Assembly (NCBI GenBank): GCA_947246685.1
Contig: CAMXSN010000001.1
Span: 49,837-113,836 of the forward strand
Direction of reading: 5' to 3'
Length of the DNA stretch: 64,000 nucleotides
Source: an uncultured Clostridia bacterium
GTDB lineage: Bacteria > Bacillota > Clostridia > Christensenellales > UBA3700
Under the pieces are notes generated by a model. It was not told the DNA's origin, searched no databases, and saw only the letters and a program-made list of their open reading frames with translations. Position numbers and translations under genes: made by a program. This document shows positions 21,062 to 31,537 of the stretch, piece by piece. Every line of letters starts with the position of its first letter. Positions within the stretch are counted from its first letter, which is position 1.

Positions 21062-23878
21062 ATGGATAAATTTATTAGCATCAAAGGCGCTAGAGTGCAT
21101 AATCTCAAAAATATTGACGTGCAGATACCGAGAGACAAACTCGTAGTATTGACGGGACTTAGCGGAAGCGGTAAGTCGTCTTTGGCATTCGATACTATTT
21201 ATGCCGAGGGGCAGAGAAGATATATGGAAAGTTTGTCTTCTTATGCGCGTCAATTTCTCGGGCAGATGGACAAGCCCGACGTTGACTATATCGACGGTCT
21301 TTCTCCTGCGATATCCATTGATCAGAAGACCACTTCGCACAATCCCCGTTCTACGGTCGGCACGGTAACGGAAATATACGATTATCTTAGACTTTTGTAT
21401 GCGAGGGTGGGTATACCTCACTGTCCCAAATGCGGAAGAGAAATCGTACAGCAGTCGGTAGACCAGATAGCCGACAAAGTCACAAGCGCGGAGAAAGGCT
21501 CTAAAATAAGGATTTTCGCTCCTGTGGTAAGGGGACGAAAAGGGGAGTATTCCAAGCAGATAGACGGATATCGCAAAAGCGGTTACAGTAGGTTGATAGT
21601 CGACGGAAGCGAATATAATATACTTGACGAAGAGATCGAACTTGACAAAAATTACAAGCACAGTATAAAGATTGTCGTCGACAGATTGGTGCTTAAAGAC
21701 GACGTCAACAGAAGGCTTACGGATAGTTTGGAAGCCGCGCTCAAACTTGCCGAAGGACTTGTGGAAGTGGAGGTTAACGGCGACATAACACTTTATTCTA
21801 CTAAGTATTCCTGTCCAGATTGCGATATCAGCATAGAGGAACTTCAACCGAGAATGTTTTCGTTCAACAGTCCATTCGGGGCGTGTCCGGAATGTCTCGG
21901 CTTGGGATTTAAGAGCGCATTGGATATCAACAAACTCGTCAAATGGGACAAATCCGTCGCCGACGGCGCGTTGGACGTAAGCGGATGGAATATGGACACG
22001 GGCAATTACAGCACAGCGACTTTTATGGCTCTTGCCAAGAGGCATAAATTTTCTTTGCAGACGCCGGTGCGCGAACTGCCGGAAAAGATTGTAGATATCT
22101 TGCTTTACGGCGACGAAGAAAAATTGCAGATAAGTTACAATACCGCGATGGGCAGCGGCGTATTCAACAGGAATTTTGAAGGTGTAGCTAATAATATTAT
22201 GAGAAGATTCCGCGAGACGAGTTCGGATTACGTCAAACAGGAACTTTCCAAACTTATGAGAGAAGTGCCTTGCGACAGCTGTCGCGGAAAGCGTCTCAAA
22301 AAAGAGGTCTTGGGCGTTACCGTCGGGGGAAAGAATATCAACGAAGTGTGCAATCTGTCGATTGACAAAGCGTTAAAATTTTTTGAAGAGCTTACGCTCA
22401 CTCCTACTCAGCAGTTAATCGCCGCGCAGATTCTCAAAGAGATAAGATCACGACTGGGCTTTTTGGTCAACGTGGGATTGAACTATCTCCAACTTGCGCG
22501 ATCGTCGGCTACGCTGTCGGGCGGCGAAGCTCAAAGAATAAGACTTGCCACGCAGATAGGCAGCGGACTCGTAGGAGTGCTGTATATCCTTGACGAGCCC
22601 AGCATAGGACTTCATCAGCGCGACAATGACAAACTGCTTATGACGTTGGAGAGGCTGAGAGATATCGGCAATACGCTCATTGTTGTAGAACACGACGAGG
22701 ACACTATGCGGAAGGCTGATTTTATCGTCGATATAGGTCCGGGAGCGGGCGTCAACGGAGGCGAAGTGGTAGTTGCGGGTACTCCGCAAGAGGTAATGGA
22801 TTGCGACGCGTCTATTACGGGCGCATATATGTCGGGAAAAGAAGTTATCGAATTGCCCGCGAAAAGGCGCGCAGGCAACGGTAAGTTCCTGCAAGTAAGA
22901 AAAGCGCAGAAAAACAATCTCAAAAATATCGACGTTGATTTTCCGTTGGGAACTTTTACCGTAATTACGGGAGTAAGCGGCAGCGGTAAGAGCAGCCTTG
23001 TCAACGAGGTGCTGTATCCTGTGTTGCAGAACAAGCTTAACGGCGGAAGAAATACGGAAATGAACTGCGAAGAAATACTCGGTATCGAAGAATTGGATAA
23101 AGTCATCGCGATAGACCAAAGTCCTATCGGCAGAACTCCGCGCTCCAATCCTGCCACGTATACCAACGTATTTACAGCGATAAGAGAACTTTACGCCAAG
23201 ACTCCCGAATCGAAATCCAGAGGATACAAGAGCGGCAGATTTTCATTCAATATAGCAGGCGGCAGATGCGAAAACTGCGCGGGCGACGGTATCAAAAAGA
23301 TAGAGATGCACTTTCTCTCCGACGTTTACGTGCCGTGCGAAGTGTGCGGAGGCAGACGTTACAATCGAGAGACTTTGCAAGTTAAATACAAGGGCAAGAG
23401 TATATACGACGTTTTGGAAATGACAGTTGCGGAGGCATGCGGATTCTTTGAGAATATTCCTCAAATATACAATAAGATTGCTACGCTTAACGACGTGGGG
23501 CTGTCGTACGTCAAATTGGGACAATCCGCAACTACTCTCTCCGGCGGCGAAGCTCAAAGAGTAAAACTTGCTACGGAATTATCCAAGCGCTCTACCGGCA
23601 AGACTGTGTATATTCTTGACGAACCTACCACGGGATTGCACAGCGCTGACGTAAAAAAATTAATAGCTATTTTGCAAAGACTTGTGTCAAAGGGCAATAC
23701 CGTCATTGTCATAGAGCATAATTTGGACGTTATCAAGGTCGCGGACCATATTATCGATTTGGGTCCGGAGGGCGGAGAATACGGCGGTTGCGTAGTGGCA
23801 AAAGGCACTCCCGAAGAAGTCGCTGCCAATTCTAATAGCTACACGGGAAAATACCTGCAAAGCAAGTTGACGCAATAG
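21062..23878 (+). CDS. uvrA: Excinuclease ABC subunit A
   Basis: Two ABC ATPase modules ([24 protein letters not shown] twice), zinc fingers; ATG 21062. Confidence 0.98.
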   Translation: MDKFISIKGARVHNLKNIDVQIPRDKLVVLTGLSGSGKSSLAFDTIYAEGQRRYMESLSSYARQFLGQMDKPDVDYIDGLSPAISIDQKTTSHNPRSTVGTVTEIYDYLRLLYARVGIPHCPKCGREIVQQSVDQIADKVTSAEKGSKIRIFAPVVRGRKGEYSKQIDGYRKSGYSRLIVDGSEYNILDEEIELDKNYKHSIKIVVDRLVLKDDVNRRLTDSLEAALKLAEGLVEVEVNGDITLYSTKYSCPDCDISIEELQPRMFSFNSPFGACPECLGLGFKSALDINKLVKWDKSVADGALDVSGWNMDTGNYSTATFMALAKRHKFSLQTPVRELPEKIVDILLYGDEEKLQISYNTAMGSGVFNRNFEGVANNIMRRFRETSSDYVKQELSKLMREVPCDSCRGKRLKKEVLGVTVGGKNINEVCNLSIDKALKFFEELTLTPTQQLIAAQILKEIRSRLGFLVNVGLNYLQLARSSATLSGGEAQRIRLATQIGSGLVGVLYILDEPSIGLHQRDNDKLLMTLERLRDIGNTLIVVEHDEDTMRKADFIVDIGPGAGVNGGEVVVAGTPQEVMDCDASITGAYMSGKEVIELPAKRRAGNGKFLQVRKAQKNNLKNIDVDFPLGTFTVITGVSGSGKSSLVNEVLYPVLQNKLNGGRNTEMNCEEILGIEELDKVIAIDQSPIGRTPRSNPATYTNVFTAIRELYAKTPESKSRGYKSGRFSFNIAGGRCENCAGDGIKKIEMHFLSDVYVPCEVCGGRRYNRETLQVKYKGKSIYDVLEMTVAEACGFFENIPQIYNKIATLNDVGLSYVKLGQSATTLSGGEAQRVKLATELSKRSTGKTVYILDEPTTGLHSADVKKLIAILQRLVSKGNTVIVIEHNLDVIKVADHIIDLGPEGGEYGGCVVAKGTPEEVAANSNSYTGKYLQSKLTQ

Positions 23879-23929
23879 TCAAAAAAATTTCATAAGAAGT
23901 TTCGTCGCATTATGCCGACGCAAATTAAT

Positions 23930-23967
23930 AAAGACTGTTCAACGCAAATCGAGCGGTCTTTTGTTTG
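23930..23967 (+). terminator. Intrinsic terminator after uvrA
   Basis: AAGACTGTTC...GAGCGGTCTT followed by TTGTTT. Confidence 0.6.
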
Positions 23968-24014
23968 TCTCTCGCCGCCCGAATAAAACCCGATTGCTTA
24001 CACATAATGGTAGT

Positions 24015-24722
24015 ATGTTAATAGTATTTACCAGAGCGATATTAATCTATATCTTTTTATTGATAGTAATGCGATTGATGGGTAAAAAGCAGTTGGGCGA
24101 ATTACAGCCTTTTGAATTTACTATTACGTTGATCGCCGCAGAACTTGCATGTATTCCTATGTCCGACACGCAAGTGCCTATTCTCTACGGTCTTGTGCCG
24201 ATATTCACGCTTTTCGTAGTTGAGTTTTGTCTTACCAAGATAGTCAAGCATTCGATCAAGATGAGAAAACTTATCAACGGCAAACCGGTGATAGTAATTA
24301 CGCCCGACGGCATAGATTTTGAGGCTATCAACAAACTTGATATGACCGTACACGATATCATGGAGTCGATAAGGGCAAAAGATTATACCTCTCCCGAAGA
24401 GATCGAATGGGCAATAGTGGAGACCAACGGCGATATGTCGGTTGTGCCGAAAGCCGCCAACAAGCCGCTTACCGTAGCAGATATGGGGCTTAACGTCGAA
24501 CAGCCGCAAATACCGTATTCGGTCATATGCGAAGGCAAGAGAATGGGACAGAACATCAAGAGGTGCAATCTCGACGATAACAAAGTGCAGAGTCTTTTGG
24601 ATAAACTCAATTTCAAGCAGGAAGATATCTTGCTTATGTTAGTGACGGGATGCGATGATTTCTATCTCCAACCCAAGCAAGGCAAATTTATCACTGGCAA
24701 GATAAGCGAGGAGGTAGGCTGA
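24015..24722 (+). CDS. DUF421 (YetF-like) membrane protein
   Basis: MRLMGKKQLGELQPFE, INGKPV, AIVETNG.MSV; sigma-G-like GAATA-N17-CATAATG upstream. Confidence 0.9.
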   Translation: MLIVFTRAILIYIFLLIVMRLMGKKQLGELQPFEFTITLIAAELACIPMSDTQVPILYGLVPIFTLFVVEFCLTKIVKHSIKMRKLINGKPVIVITPDGIDFEAINKLDMTVHDIMESIRAKDYTSPEEIEWAIVETNGDMSVVPKAANKPLTVADMGLNVEQPQIPYSVICEGKRMGQNIKRCNLDDNKVQSLLDKLNFKQEDILLMLVTGCDDFYLQPKQGKFITGKISEEVG

Positions 24723-24723
24723 G

Positions 24724-25104
24724 ATGGGTAAAATAATTTTGACGGTCGTGGTGGTCGCGGTCATAATATCACTCGGTATTACCGAGCAGGTCTTTATGCA
24801 AAAAGCGTTTGACAATTTGGCGCAAAAATGCGAAGTAATTCAGGACCTGTTGATACAGAAAGATTACGCGGCTGCAAGAAAGGCTGTGTTGCAACTCAAA
24901 GAATGGTGGGCGAAGAAAAGAGATATACTTGAGTTTACGTGTCCAAACAACGACGTCAAGGACATTTATAAAGAAATAGGCGAGTTAGAAGGCACTCTGC
25001 ATTCGGAGATGTACGACGACTCTATAACCAGAACGAACGTTATAAAAAGTATGGCGGAGAATTCAAAAAATCTGCTTGCTTACAGGATAAAAAATATTCT
25101 CTGA
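24724..25104 (+). CDS. DUF4363-like protein
   Basis: N-terminal TM, helical body; usual partner of DUF421 in Clostridia. Confidence 0.7.
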   Translation: MGKIILTVVVVAVIISLGITEQVFMQKAFDNLAQKCEVIQDLLIQKDYAAARKAVLQLKEWWAKKRDILEFTCPNNDVKDIYKEIGELEGTLHSEMYDDSITRTNVIKSMAENSKNLLAYRIKNIL

Positions 25105-25110
25105 CGAATT

Positions 25111-25140
25111 AAGCCGACGCAATTAATTTGCGTCGGCTTT
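25111..25140. terminator. Bidirectional intrinsic terminator
   Basis: AAGCCGACGCAA-TTAAT-TTGCGTCGGCTT between convergent genes. Confidence 0.8.
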
Positions 25141-25143
25141 GGA

Positions 25144-25971
25144 TTATTTGAATTCATTCTTTGATTTAAGGTCTTCCAATAACTCGGATAGCCTCTTTTT
25201 TCTGAGAGGGCATACGAAATTCGGAGCGATTTCGCACAGCGGTTTCAATACGAAATCGCGGTTGTGATAATCCGAGTGCGGCACAGTGAGTTCGTCGTTG
25301 GATATAATACTGTCGCCGTAAAATATCACGTCTATATCAAGGGTTCGATCGCCCCAACGCACGTTCCTAGTTCTTTTTGCGTCGGACTCTATTTCGTGTA
25401 TCGTTTGCAAAAGCGCGCTCGGCGATAGAAACGTCGCAATCTTGACCGCCATATTGATGAAAGGATATTTAGCGACGCCACCGTAAGGAGGATTTTCCAT
25501 GGGCGAGGATATCTTTTCCACGTTGATGCACGGATGTGAGGACAATCTGTCGATTGCGTTGTCGAGTATCGTCTGTCTATTTCCGAGATTGCTGCCCAGA
25601 GACAGCAATACTTCGCGGCGTTCCAGTTTGACTGTTACGCTTACGTTTTCAAATTGAAGATCAACGGGCGCTTGCGGTTTGCTTACTTTGACTTCAACGC
25701 TTTTTGCGGGATAATTGATCATGATAAATTTGGCGCACTTGGCGCACAAAGTTTCTATCAAATCAAAAGTATTTTCTCTGCACAATTTGTCGATATCGCA
25801 CATAACAGCGCCGTAATCGAGAGTATACGACAAGTCGTCGCTGTCGGCGGCTTTTTGAAAATCGTATTCCATTTCCACGTCGAATATAAAAGGCTGCCGT
25901 TTGATTTTTTCCTGCGGCAACACCCCGTGGCAGGCGTATATTTGCAATCCGCGTATATTTATCTTATTCAT
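25144..25971 (-). CDS. folK: Bifunctional dihydroneopterin aldolase / HPPK
   Basis: N-terminal HGVL..EK...QPF..D, LIETL (FolB); C-terminal LSLGSNLG, RWGDRTLDID, PH...RDFVL.PL.EI (FolK). Confidence 0.95.
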   Translation of the reverse strand: MNKINIRGLQIYACHGVLPQEKIKRQPFIFDVEMEYDFQKAADSDDLSYTLDYGAVMCDIDKLCRENTFDLIETLCAKCAKFIMINYPAKSVEVKVSKPQAPVDLQFENVSVTVKLERREVLLSLGSNLGNRQTILDNAIDRLSSHPCINVEKISSPMENPPYGGVAKYPFINMAVKIATFLSPSALLQTIHEIESDAKRTRNVRWGDRTLDIDVIFYGDSIISNDELTVPHSDYHNRDFVLKPLCEIAPNFVCPLRKKRLSELLEDLKSKNEFK

Positions 25972-26771
25972 AGTCTTCCCATTGCTCGGAGTTCTTCTTC
26001 GATGGCGATACAGTTTTCTTTGACGTCGTGTACTCTTACAAAAAGCACTCCTTTGCGCGTAGCCAGACGGGTAGTCTCCAACGTGGGAGCAAGCCTGTCT
26101 TTGATTTCTCCTCCGAACATAGATTTTCTCGACGTGCCCAAAAGCAGAGGATATCCAAGGGCGTCGAGCCTATCGTATTGGTCGACAAGCATGTGGTTTT
26201 GTTCTTTGGTTTTCCCGAATCCTACTCCTCCGTCAATCAATATTCTGTCATCGTCAACGTTTGCGTTTTTCGCAATTTTTATGCTGTTGCTCAAAAAGGT
26301 AAACACGTCGTTCCACATATTGCAGTCTTCGGAGACTTTGTTTTGATTGTGCATAATGCATACGCTTGCGCCGTGTTTCGCGATGACTGACGCCATTTCG
26401 CCGTCGGTATCTTCGCCGTATGCCAGCCCCCATACGTCGTTGATCATATCAGCGCCGTGTAGGAGAGCGTTTTGAGCAACTTTAGCATAATAAGTATCTA
26501 CAGACAGGGGCACATCGAAATTTCTTTTTATAAGGTCTATCGGGCGTTCAAGGCGCGACCATTCCTCTTCTTCGTTTACAGGTTTATGTCCTGGCCGAGT
26601 CGACTGACCGCCTATGTCTATTACTGCGGCGCCGTCTTGCACGGCATTTTCCACTCTAAAGAGCAGTTTGTCGAGATTTGCGCGGCTGTCGGCAAAAAAG
26701 GAGTCGGGAGTGAGATTTATGATTGCCATCACGTAAGTGCCGTTTTTGAATTCTTTATCTGCGATTTTCAT
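25968..26771 (-). CDS. folP: Dihydropteroate synthase
   Basis: INLTPDSF, IDIGGQSTRPG, SVDT, INDV, GTSRKS, RVHDV. Confidence 0.97.
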   Translation of the reverse strand: MKIADKEFKNGTYVMAIINLTPDSFFADSRANLDKLLFRVENAVQDGAAVIDIGGQSTRPGHKPVNEEEEWSRLERPIDLIKRNFDVPLSVDTYYAKVAQNALLHGADMINDVWGLAYGEDTDGEMASVIAKHGASVCIMHNQNKVSEDCNMWNDVFTFLSNSIKIAKNANVDDDRILIDGGVGFGKTKEQNHMLVDQYDRLDALGYPLLLGTSRKSMFGGEIKDRLAPTLETTRLATRKGVLFVRVHDVKENCIAIEEELRAMGRL

Positions 26772-26774
26772 AGG

Positions 26775-27329
26775 TTATTTCACAAGAGCGATAATGCGGT
26801 TTTTCTGTTCTTCGCCGATTTCTCCAAGCGCAGTATAGGTAACCGTTTTGCTGCCGACTTTTCTTATTCCGCGCGCGGTCATACATGTATGTTCCGCCTC
26901 GCACAGCACAAACACTCCTTTTGCGCCGAGGTTGTCCATTATCGCGCTCGCAATATCGTGCGTCAGCCGTTCTTGCAACTGCAGTCTGCGCGCGAATACC
27001 TCTACGGTACGCGCAAGTTTTGAAAGACCGACTACTTTTTCGTTGGGAATATACGCGATGGCGATTTTGCCGAAAAAGGGCATGAGATGATGCTCGCAGA
27101 TAGAGGAAAACGTAATGTCTTTTTCAATCACCATGTCGCCAGTATCCACGTCAAAAGTCTTGGAGAGATGTATCTTTTCGTCGTCGGTATATCCGGCGGT
27201 AAGTTCTTCATACATTTTCGCCACGCGTTTTGGAGTGTCGACCAGTCCTTCTCTCGAAGGGTCTTCGCCTATTGCTTCCAATATTGCTCTTACTGCTTTT
27301 TGAATTTTTTCGCTGTCATTTATGTTCAT
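26775..27329 (-). CDS. folE: GTP cyclohydrolase I
   Basis: [35 protein letters not shown]. Confidence 0.97.
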   Translation of the reverse strand: MNINDSEKIQKAVRAILEAIGEDPSREGLVDTPKRVAKMYEELTAGYTDDEKIHLSKTFDVDTGDMVIEKDITFSSICEHHLMPFFGKIAIAYIPNEKVVGLSKLARTVEVFARRLQLQERLTHDIASAIMDNLGAKGVFVLCEAEHTCMTARGIRKVGSKTVTYTALGEIGEEQKNRIIALVK

Positions 27330-27346
27330 ATATATTTTCCTTTTAA

Positions 27347-28597
27347 TTACAGTGTGTTTATTGTTTCAAGCGCGTCTTTTAATAAGCTGAGCGAGCCGCA
27401 TATTACCACTAGCGAACATTGACTTTGCTCGGCTTTGCGTATTGCTTGCGATATAGAGTCGCATGCGATAGAATTGCGATTGTATGCTATGCATTTGTCA
27501 AGCATAGCATTTTGACTTAAGCCTCTCGCCGAAGGCGGCTTGACGGTGAGAAATTCATCTGCGATTTTACCGATATGACTCAGCACTCCGTCGACGTCTT
27601 TATCGGCGAACATTCCAAACACGAAGCATTTTTTTTCGTCCGAAAAATTTGCTTGCAGCTCTTCCGACAATGCTCGCGCCCCGTCGGGATTGTGCGTTCC
27701 GTCAAGAATATAAAGTTTGCCGTTTTGCTCAACTTTTTGCAATCTGCCTTTCCACAGAGAATTAGCCACGCCGTCTATAATGTTTTGATCGGATATGCGA
27801 TAGCCTTTCTTTCTCAACTGCAATGCGCATTCTATGGCGAGAGAGCAGTTTTGTAATTGATACTTCCCAAGCTGCCGCGTATTGTATACGCAGCCTTTGT
27901 ATTCAAACGTTTGACCGTTTCGATCGGCGTTTAGGAGAGTAGCTTCGTCGCAAAGTATTATGTTTTTCGCCGAAGAAAGAGCGTGCATGACTTCTTCGCA
28001 TTGGCGGAAAGTTACCAACGGGCAGTCTTTTACTATGGCGGCTTTTTCTGCGGCTATCTCGCCGAGAGTATTTCCCAATATAGCCGTATGGTCGTAAGAA
28101 ATCGAAGTTATCACCGCAATCTCTTTATCGGGTATTGCGTTTGTCGCGTCGAGTCTTCCGCCCAGACCGCATTCCAGCACTGCTATATCGCAACCGCTAT
28201 CTTTGAAATAGAGCATTGCGATTGCAAATTCAAGTTCAAACGCCGTGGGTAGATTGGCTCCTTGGTCTTTCATTCTTTGTCTTTCATCTGCGACGGCGCT
28301 AACGTATTTCGCCACGCTTTCGTCGTCAATGGGACGTCCGTCGATCAGAAATCTTTCGTTGTAGCCGAATACGGACGGGGAGTTGAAAGTCCCCACTTTG
28401 TATCCGCTTGAAATGAGAATGTTAGATATAAAACAACTTGTCGAACCTTTTCCGTTTGTGCCGGCAATATGGATAAATTTGAGCGAATTTTGAGGATTGC
28501 CCAGTCTATGTAAAAGCGATTTGACGGTGTCAAGTCCGTATACGCTCCCGAATTTTTCCATTTGCGACATATATTCGACCGCTTGAGAGTATAACAA
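27347..28597 (-). CDS. folC: Folylpolyglutamate synthase / dihydrofolate synthase
   Basis: [31 protein letters not shown]; TTG start with SD AAGGAGG. Confidence 0.95.
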   Translation of the reverse strand: MLYSQAVEYMSQMEKFGSVYGLDTVKSLLHRLGNPQNSLKFIHIAGTNGKGSTSCFISNILISSGYKVGTFNSPSVFGYNERFLIDGRPIDDESVAKYVSAVADERQRMKDQGANLPTAFELEFAIAMLYFKDSGCDIAVLECGLGGRLDATNAIPDKEIAVITSISYDHTAILGNTLGEIAAEKAAIVKDCPLVTFRQCEEVMHALSSAKNIILCDEATLLNADRNGQTFEYKGCVYNTRQLGKYQLQNCSLAIECALQLRKKGYRISDQNIIDGVANSLWKGRLQKVEQNGKLYILDGTHNPDGARALSEELQANFSDEKKCFVFGMFADKDVDGVLSHIGKIADEFLTVKPPSARGLSQNAMLDKCIAYNRNSIACDSISQAIRKAEQSQCSLVVICGSLSLLKDALETINTL

Positions 28598-28678
28598 AAG
28601 AGAACCTCCTTAATAAAAAGAGCTTCCCACAAAATCAGACTTATGTCGTGCTTTATTCAGTCGATAATAAAAGCCTGA

Positions 28679-28772
28679 AAGTGGGAGTGAGAATTGCACC
28701 GCAAGCAAAATCGCTTTTCGTTCATCGGCACTCCCCGTCCGAATGACACTTCACGCGCAGTCTCTACACTTT
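28679..28772 (-). ncRNA. THF (tetrahydrofolate) riboswitch aptamer
   Basis: Minus strand AGUGUAGAG..GCGCGUGAAGUG...GGGGAGUG...AACGAAAAG...GCGGUG...CACUCCCAC matches the THF-I consensus by eye; upstream of folC-folE-folP-folBK. Confidence 0.88.
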
Positions 28773-28780
28773 CTGTGTTT

Positions 28781-28809
28781 ATTATATCAAATACGTGTCG
28801 GCAACGCAA
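28781..28809 (-). promoter_or_regulatory. Sigma-A promoter of the folate operon
   Basis: TTGCGT-N17-TATAAT immediately 5' of the riboswitch. Confidence 0.65.
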
Positions 28810-28846
28810 TGCTTTGAGAGCATATTGCCGCAATAATTTATCGCCG

Positions 28847-29326
28847 TCAATTTTTTGCGGTGACGTATGTGCAAAATTCGGTCTCAAAACCGTTGTCGCA
28901 GACGCGTTCACAGTTTTGCAATGCAAAATGCGGCGGCAAAGCGGGGAAGAACGCGTCGGCTTGATAATTTCCGCGTACTCGCGTCAAATACACTCTGTCG
29001 GCAATATCTATAAAGTATTCGTAAAGTCTTTGACCGCCGCAAATAAATATCTCTTTGTCGGGGAATCGGCTTGCAAGAGCAATCGCACGGTCGGGCGATT
29101 TGCATACTGTCAAGTCTTCTCTTGGAAGAGTTGTCGACGACACGACTATATTGATTCTGTCTGGAAGAGGGCGTTTGATTTCTTTGAAAGTATTTGCTCC
29201 CATTACCACTATATTGCCCGTCGTAAGATTTTTGAATCGAGACATATCTTCGGGTAGCCTCCAGAGCAGCTTGCCGTCTTTTCCTATTGCGCCGTTGTCG
29301 GCGGCGGCTACAATAATATTGATCAT
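28847..29326 (-). CDS. dfrA: Dihydrofolate reductase
   Basis: IVAA..NGAIG....LLW.LPEDM..FK..T, VMGANTF, RPLPDR.NIV, ICGG. Confidence 0.96.
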   Translation of the reverse strand: MINIIVAAADNGAIGKDGKLLWRLPEDMSRFKNLTTGNIVVMGANTFKEIKRPLPDRINIVVSSTTLPREDLTVCKSPDRAIALASRFPDKEIFICGGQRLYEYFIDIADRVYLTRVRGNYQADAFFPALPPHFALQNCERVCDNGFETEFCTYVTAKN

Positions 29327-29361
29327 GATTTAATTATACCGCTAAGTTACGGGCAAGTCAA

Positions 29362-30867
29362 TCACAGGAAATTGGTGCGGTTTTTAAGCGTAAATTTATC
29401 GAGCTTGATATTGAGCGTTTTGCTGACAACTGCGTATGGCAGAAAAGCGACTGCGGCAATCGAAATCACGGCTATTATTGGAACGATCGGGTTGTAGTCC
29501 GACAGCGCGTTGACAGTTAGCTTGCCGACGATTGATACGCCGAATGAGAAAATGATGCATAGAGCGCTTTTGAAGACCGTCTGAGAGTGTAAACCTACGC
29601 ATTTATGCAGAGTGACGAGATTAATGGTCATACACGAAGTGTGGAAGATTCCCAACGCTACGAAATATGTCTTTACTCCCAGAAGCGACGGAGTGGTCAG
29701 CACTATTATCATCAATATTACGCATCCGATTATGTGAGATATAAAAGTTTTTGTCTCTTTGCCCATTGAATTGAGCATAGACACAACCAAATTATTGATA
29801 CACATGGGAATCATTATTACGGCTGCGAATTTGAGATATTCTCCGCTGAGCGAATCGTCATAAAGCAACGTGCCCAACTGTACTCCCGCGCCGGAGAAAA
29901 CCGTAAAGAAAAAGCACGCGGTCAAGCAAGCGAAAGTAATCGCGTTGCCGAGGCTTGAAGAAAGCGTTTTGACGCCTTTGCCGGCGTTGACGGAGGCGAT
30001 TTCAGGAATAAGCACGACGCCCAACGAGCCTATTATCGACGTTGGGGTAAAGATCAAAGGCATTACCATACCGCTTGCGCGTCCGAATTCCGCAGTTGCT
30101 TCCGACTGCGAAAGATGAAATTTCGTAACAAGCAGCGCCGGCAGTATCAGCGACATAAAAGTAGACATCAGCGATCCGAAAATTCTAGTCACTGTCAGCG
30201 GCGTCGCGCTTTTGGCGATTTCTCTAGCCTGTCGCGGTTTGGCAAGTTTACCTTTTTTGCAGAAATACAGTACTATTATCAACGCGATAACAATTAGGTC
30301 TCCTACCAGCATAGCTACGGCGTATGAATATTCTTTTTGTATGCTCAGCGCCGCGGCCTCAAGCAATATCACTGCGAATATTACTTTGAGTATTTCGTCT
30401 ACAAGTTCCGTGACAGAGAAAATACCAAAATACTTTTTGCCCCAGAACCAACCGCGCAGAATCGCATATATACACGAAGTCAAGAGCATGGGCAGCATTA
30501 TGATAAAGATTTGTTTGCAGCGCTTATCGGAAAATATAAAGTCAAGTATCTGCGGAAAAATCAATATTACCGATATTATCGCTAAGGTAATGAGAATGCC
30601 TGCTATAAGACACGTAGATACAGCACCAAACTGCTTTTTTTTGTCGCCGACCGTTTCGCTTTCCGCGGTAATACGCGACAGCGTTACGGGAATCCCCGAA
30701 GAACAAATACAAGCGAAAAGCATAAACACTGACATGCAGATTTGATAGAGCCCCAATATCTCTGCGCCTAGTTTTCTCGACAGATAAATTTTGAATACAA
30801 ACGACAGCAACCTTGTAAATATCGATATTATGGTCACAGTGGCGAACGCCTTGAACAATTTTCTCAT
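29362..30867 (-). CDS. SpoVB-like MOP-superfamily flippase (polysaccharide biosynthesis protein)
   Basis: TRLLSFVFKIYLSR.LGAE.LGLYQ, SGIPVTLSR, about 14 TM; ATG 30867. Confidence 0.85.
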   Translation of the reverse strand: MRKLFKAFATVTIISIFTRLLSFVFKIYLSRKLGAEILGLYQICMSVFMLFACICSSGIPVTLSRITAESETVGDKKKQFGAVSTCLIAGILITLAIISVILIFPQILDFIFSDKRCKQIFIIMLPMLLTSCIYAILRGWFWGKKYFGIFSVTELVDEILKVIFAVILLEAAALSIQKEYSYAVAMLVGDLIVIALIIVLYFCKKGKLAKPRQAREIAKSATPLTVTRIFGSLMSTFMSLILPALLVTKFHLSQSEATAEFGRASGMVMPLIFTPTSIIGSLGVVLIPEIASVNAGKGVKTLSSSLGNAITFACLTACFFFTVFSGAGVQLGTLLYDDSLSGEYLKFAAVIMIPMCINNLVVSMLNSMGKETKTFISHIIGCVILMIIVLTTPSLLGVKTYFVALGIFHTSCMTINLVTLHKCVGLHSQTVFKSALCIIFSFGVSIVGKLTVNALSDYNPIVPIIAVISIAAVAFLPYAVVSKTLNIKLDKFTLKNRTNFL

Positions 30868-30928
30868 ACAATATAATATTTGAACGCCGCAGGAAATAGA
30901 ATATACTAACTGATATTGCGAGGATATT

Positions 30929-31219
30929 ATGAAACGTTTAATGTATAGAGTTGACAGCGATATTACTTTGGAAGAGATTGCCGAAAGATATAATACCACT
31001 TCAAAAAGAATTGTCGCGATAAATAATATTCAGGGCGAGCTTTTTCGAGGAATGCGTTTGATTATCGAACAGGGCGAAGGCGAGTACTATATCGTGCAGC
31101 CGTTTGACACGCTTGAAAAAATAGCGGCAAAATTTAACGTAGACGTGCAGCGAATAAGTGAAAGCAATGGTGTAGATCGTGTGTTTATCGGTCAAAAAGT
31201 ATTTGTTCCTAAAGATTAG
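30929..31219 (+). CDS. Double LysM domain protein
   Basis: YRV....TLEEIAERYNTT and YIVQPFDTLEKIAAKFNV...IGQKVFVP. Confidence 0.88.
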   Translation: MKRLMYRVDSDITLEEIAERYNTTSKRIVAINNIQGELFRGMRLIIEQGEGEYYIVQPFDTLEKIAAKFNVDVQRISESNGVDRVFIGQKVFVPKD

Positions 31220-31240
31220 AGCATTCTATAACAGTAAATT

Positions 31241-31480
31241 GATTAGATTCTTCGATTCCGCATACGATGCACTCAGAATGACGGATTATACTGTGATATG
31301 TCATTTCGACCGCAGTGGAGAAATCTAATCAGTATAAACTACTGTTGAGATATTTCGACTACGTTACACTTCGCTCAATATGACAGGACTTATTAGTTAA
31401 GATCTTATATAAGAATAACTAATCTAGTTTACTAACAAATATATAATGTGTCATTCTGAGCGCAGTCGAAGAATCTAATC
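31241..31480. repeat. REP/BIME-like mosaic of four GTCAT...ATCT palindromic units in alternating orientation
   Basis: Units at 31241-31282 (-), 31299-31330 (+), 31347-31385 (-), 31449-31480 (+); e.g. TGTCATTCTGAGCGCAGTCGAAGAATCTAATC. Confidence 0.8.
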
Positions 31481-31485
31481 TTATC

Positions 31486-31512
31486 AAAAAGAGGACGGCT
31501 GTTGCCGTCCTC
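31486..31512 (-). terminator. Intrinsic terminator of the large lipoprotein gene
   Basis: AAAAAGAGGACGGC-TGTT-GCCGTCCTC. Confidence 0.8.
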
Positions 31513-31537
31513 GATTATTTTGTCGGATATTTATTGA

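Noticed and set aside
20915-22045. 376-aa minus-strand ORF
   Set aside because: Antisense shadow of uvrA, explained by codon bias
28694-29257. 187-aa plus-strand ORF over dfrA and the riboswitch
   Set aside because: Overlaps two well-supported minus-strand features; no recognisable motifs
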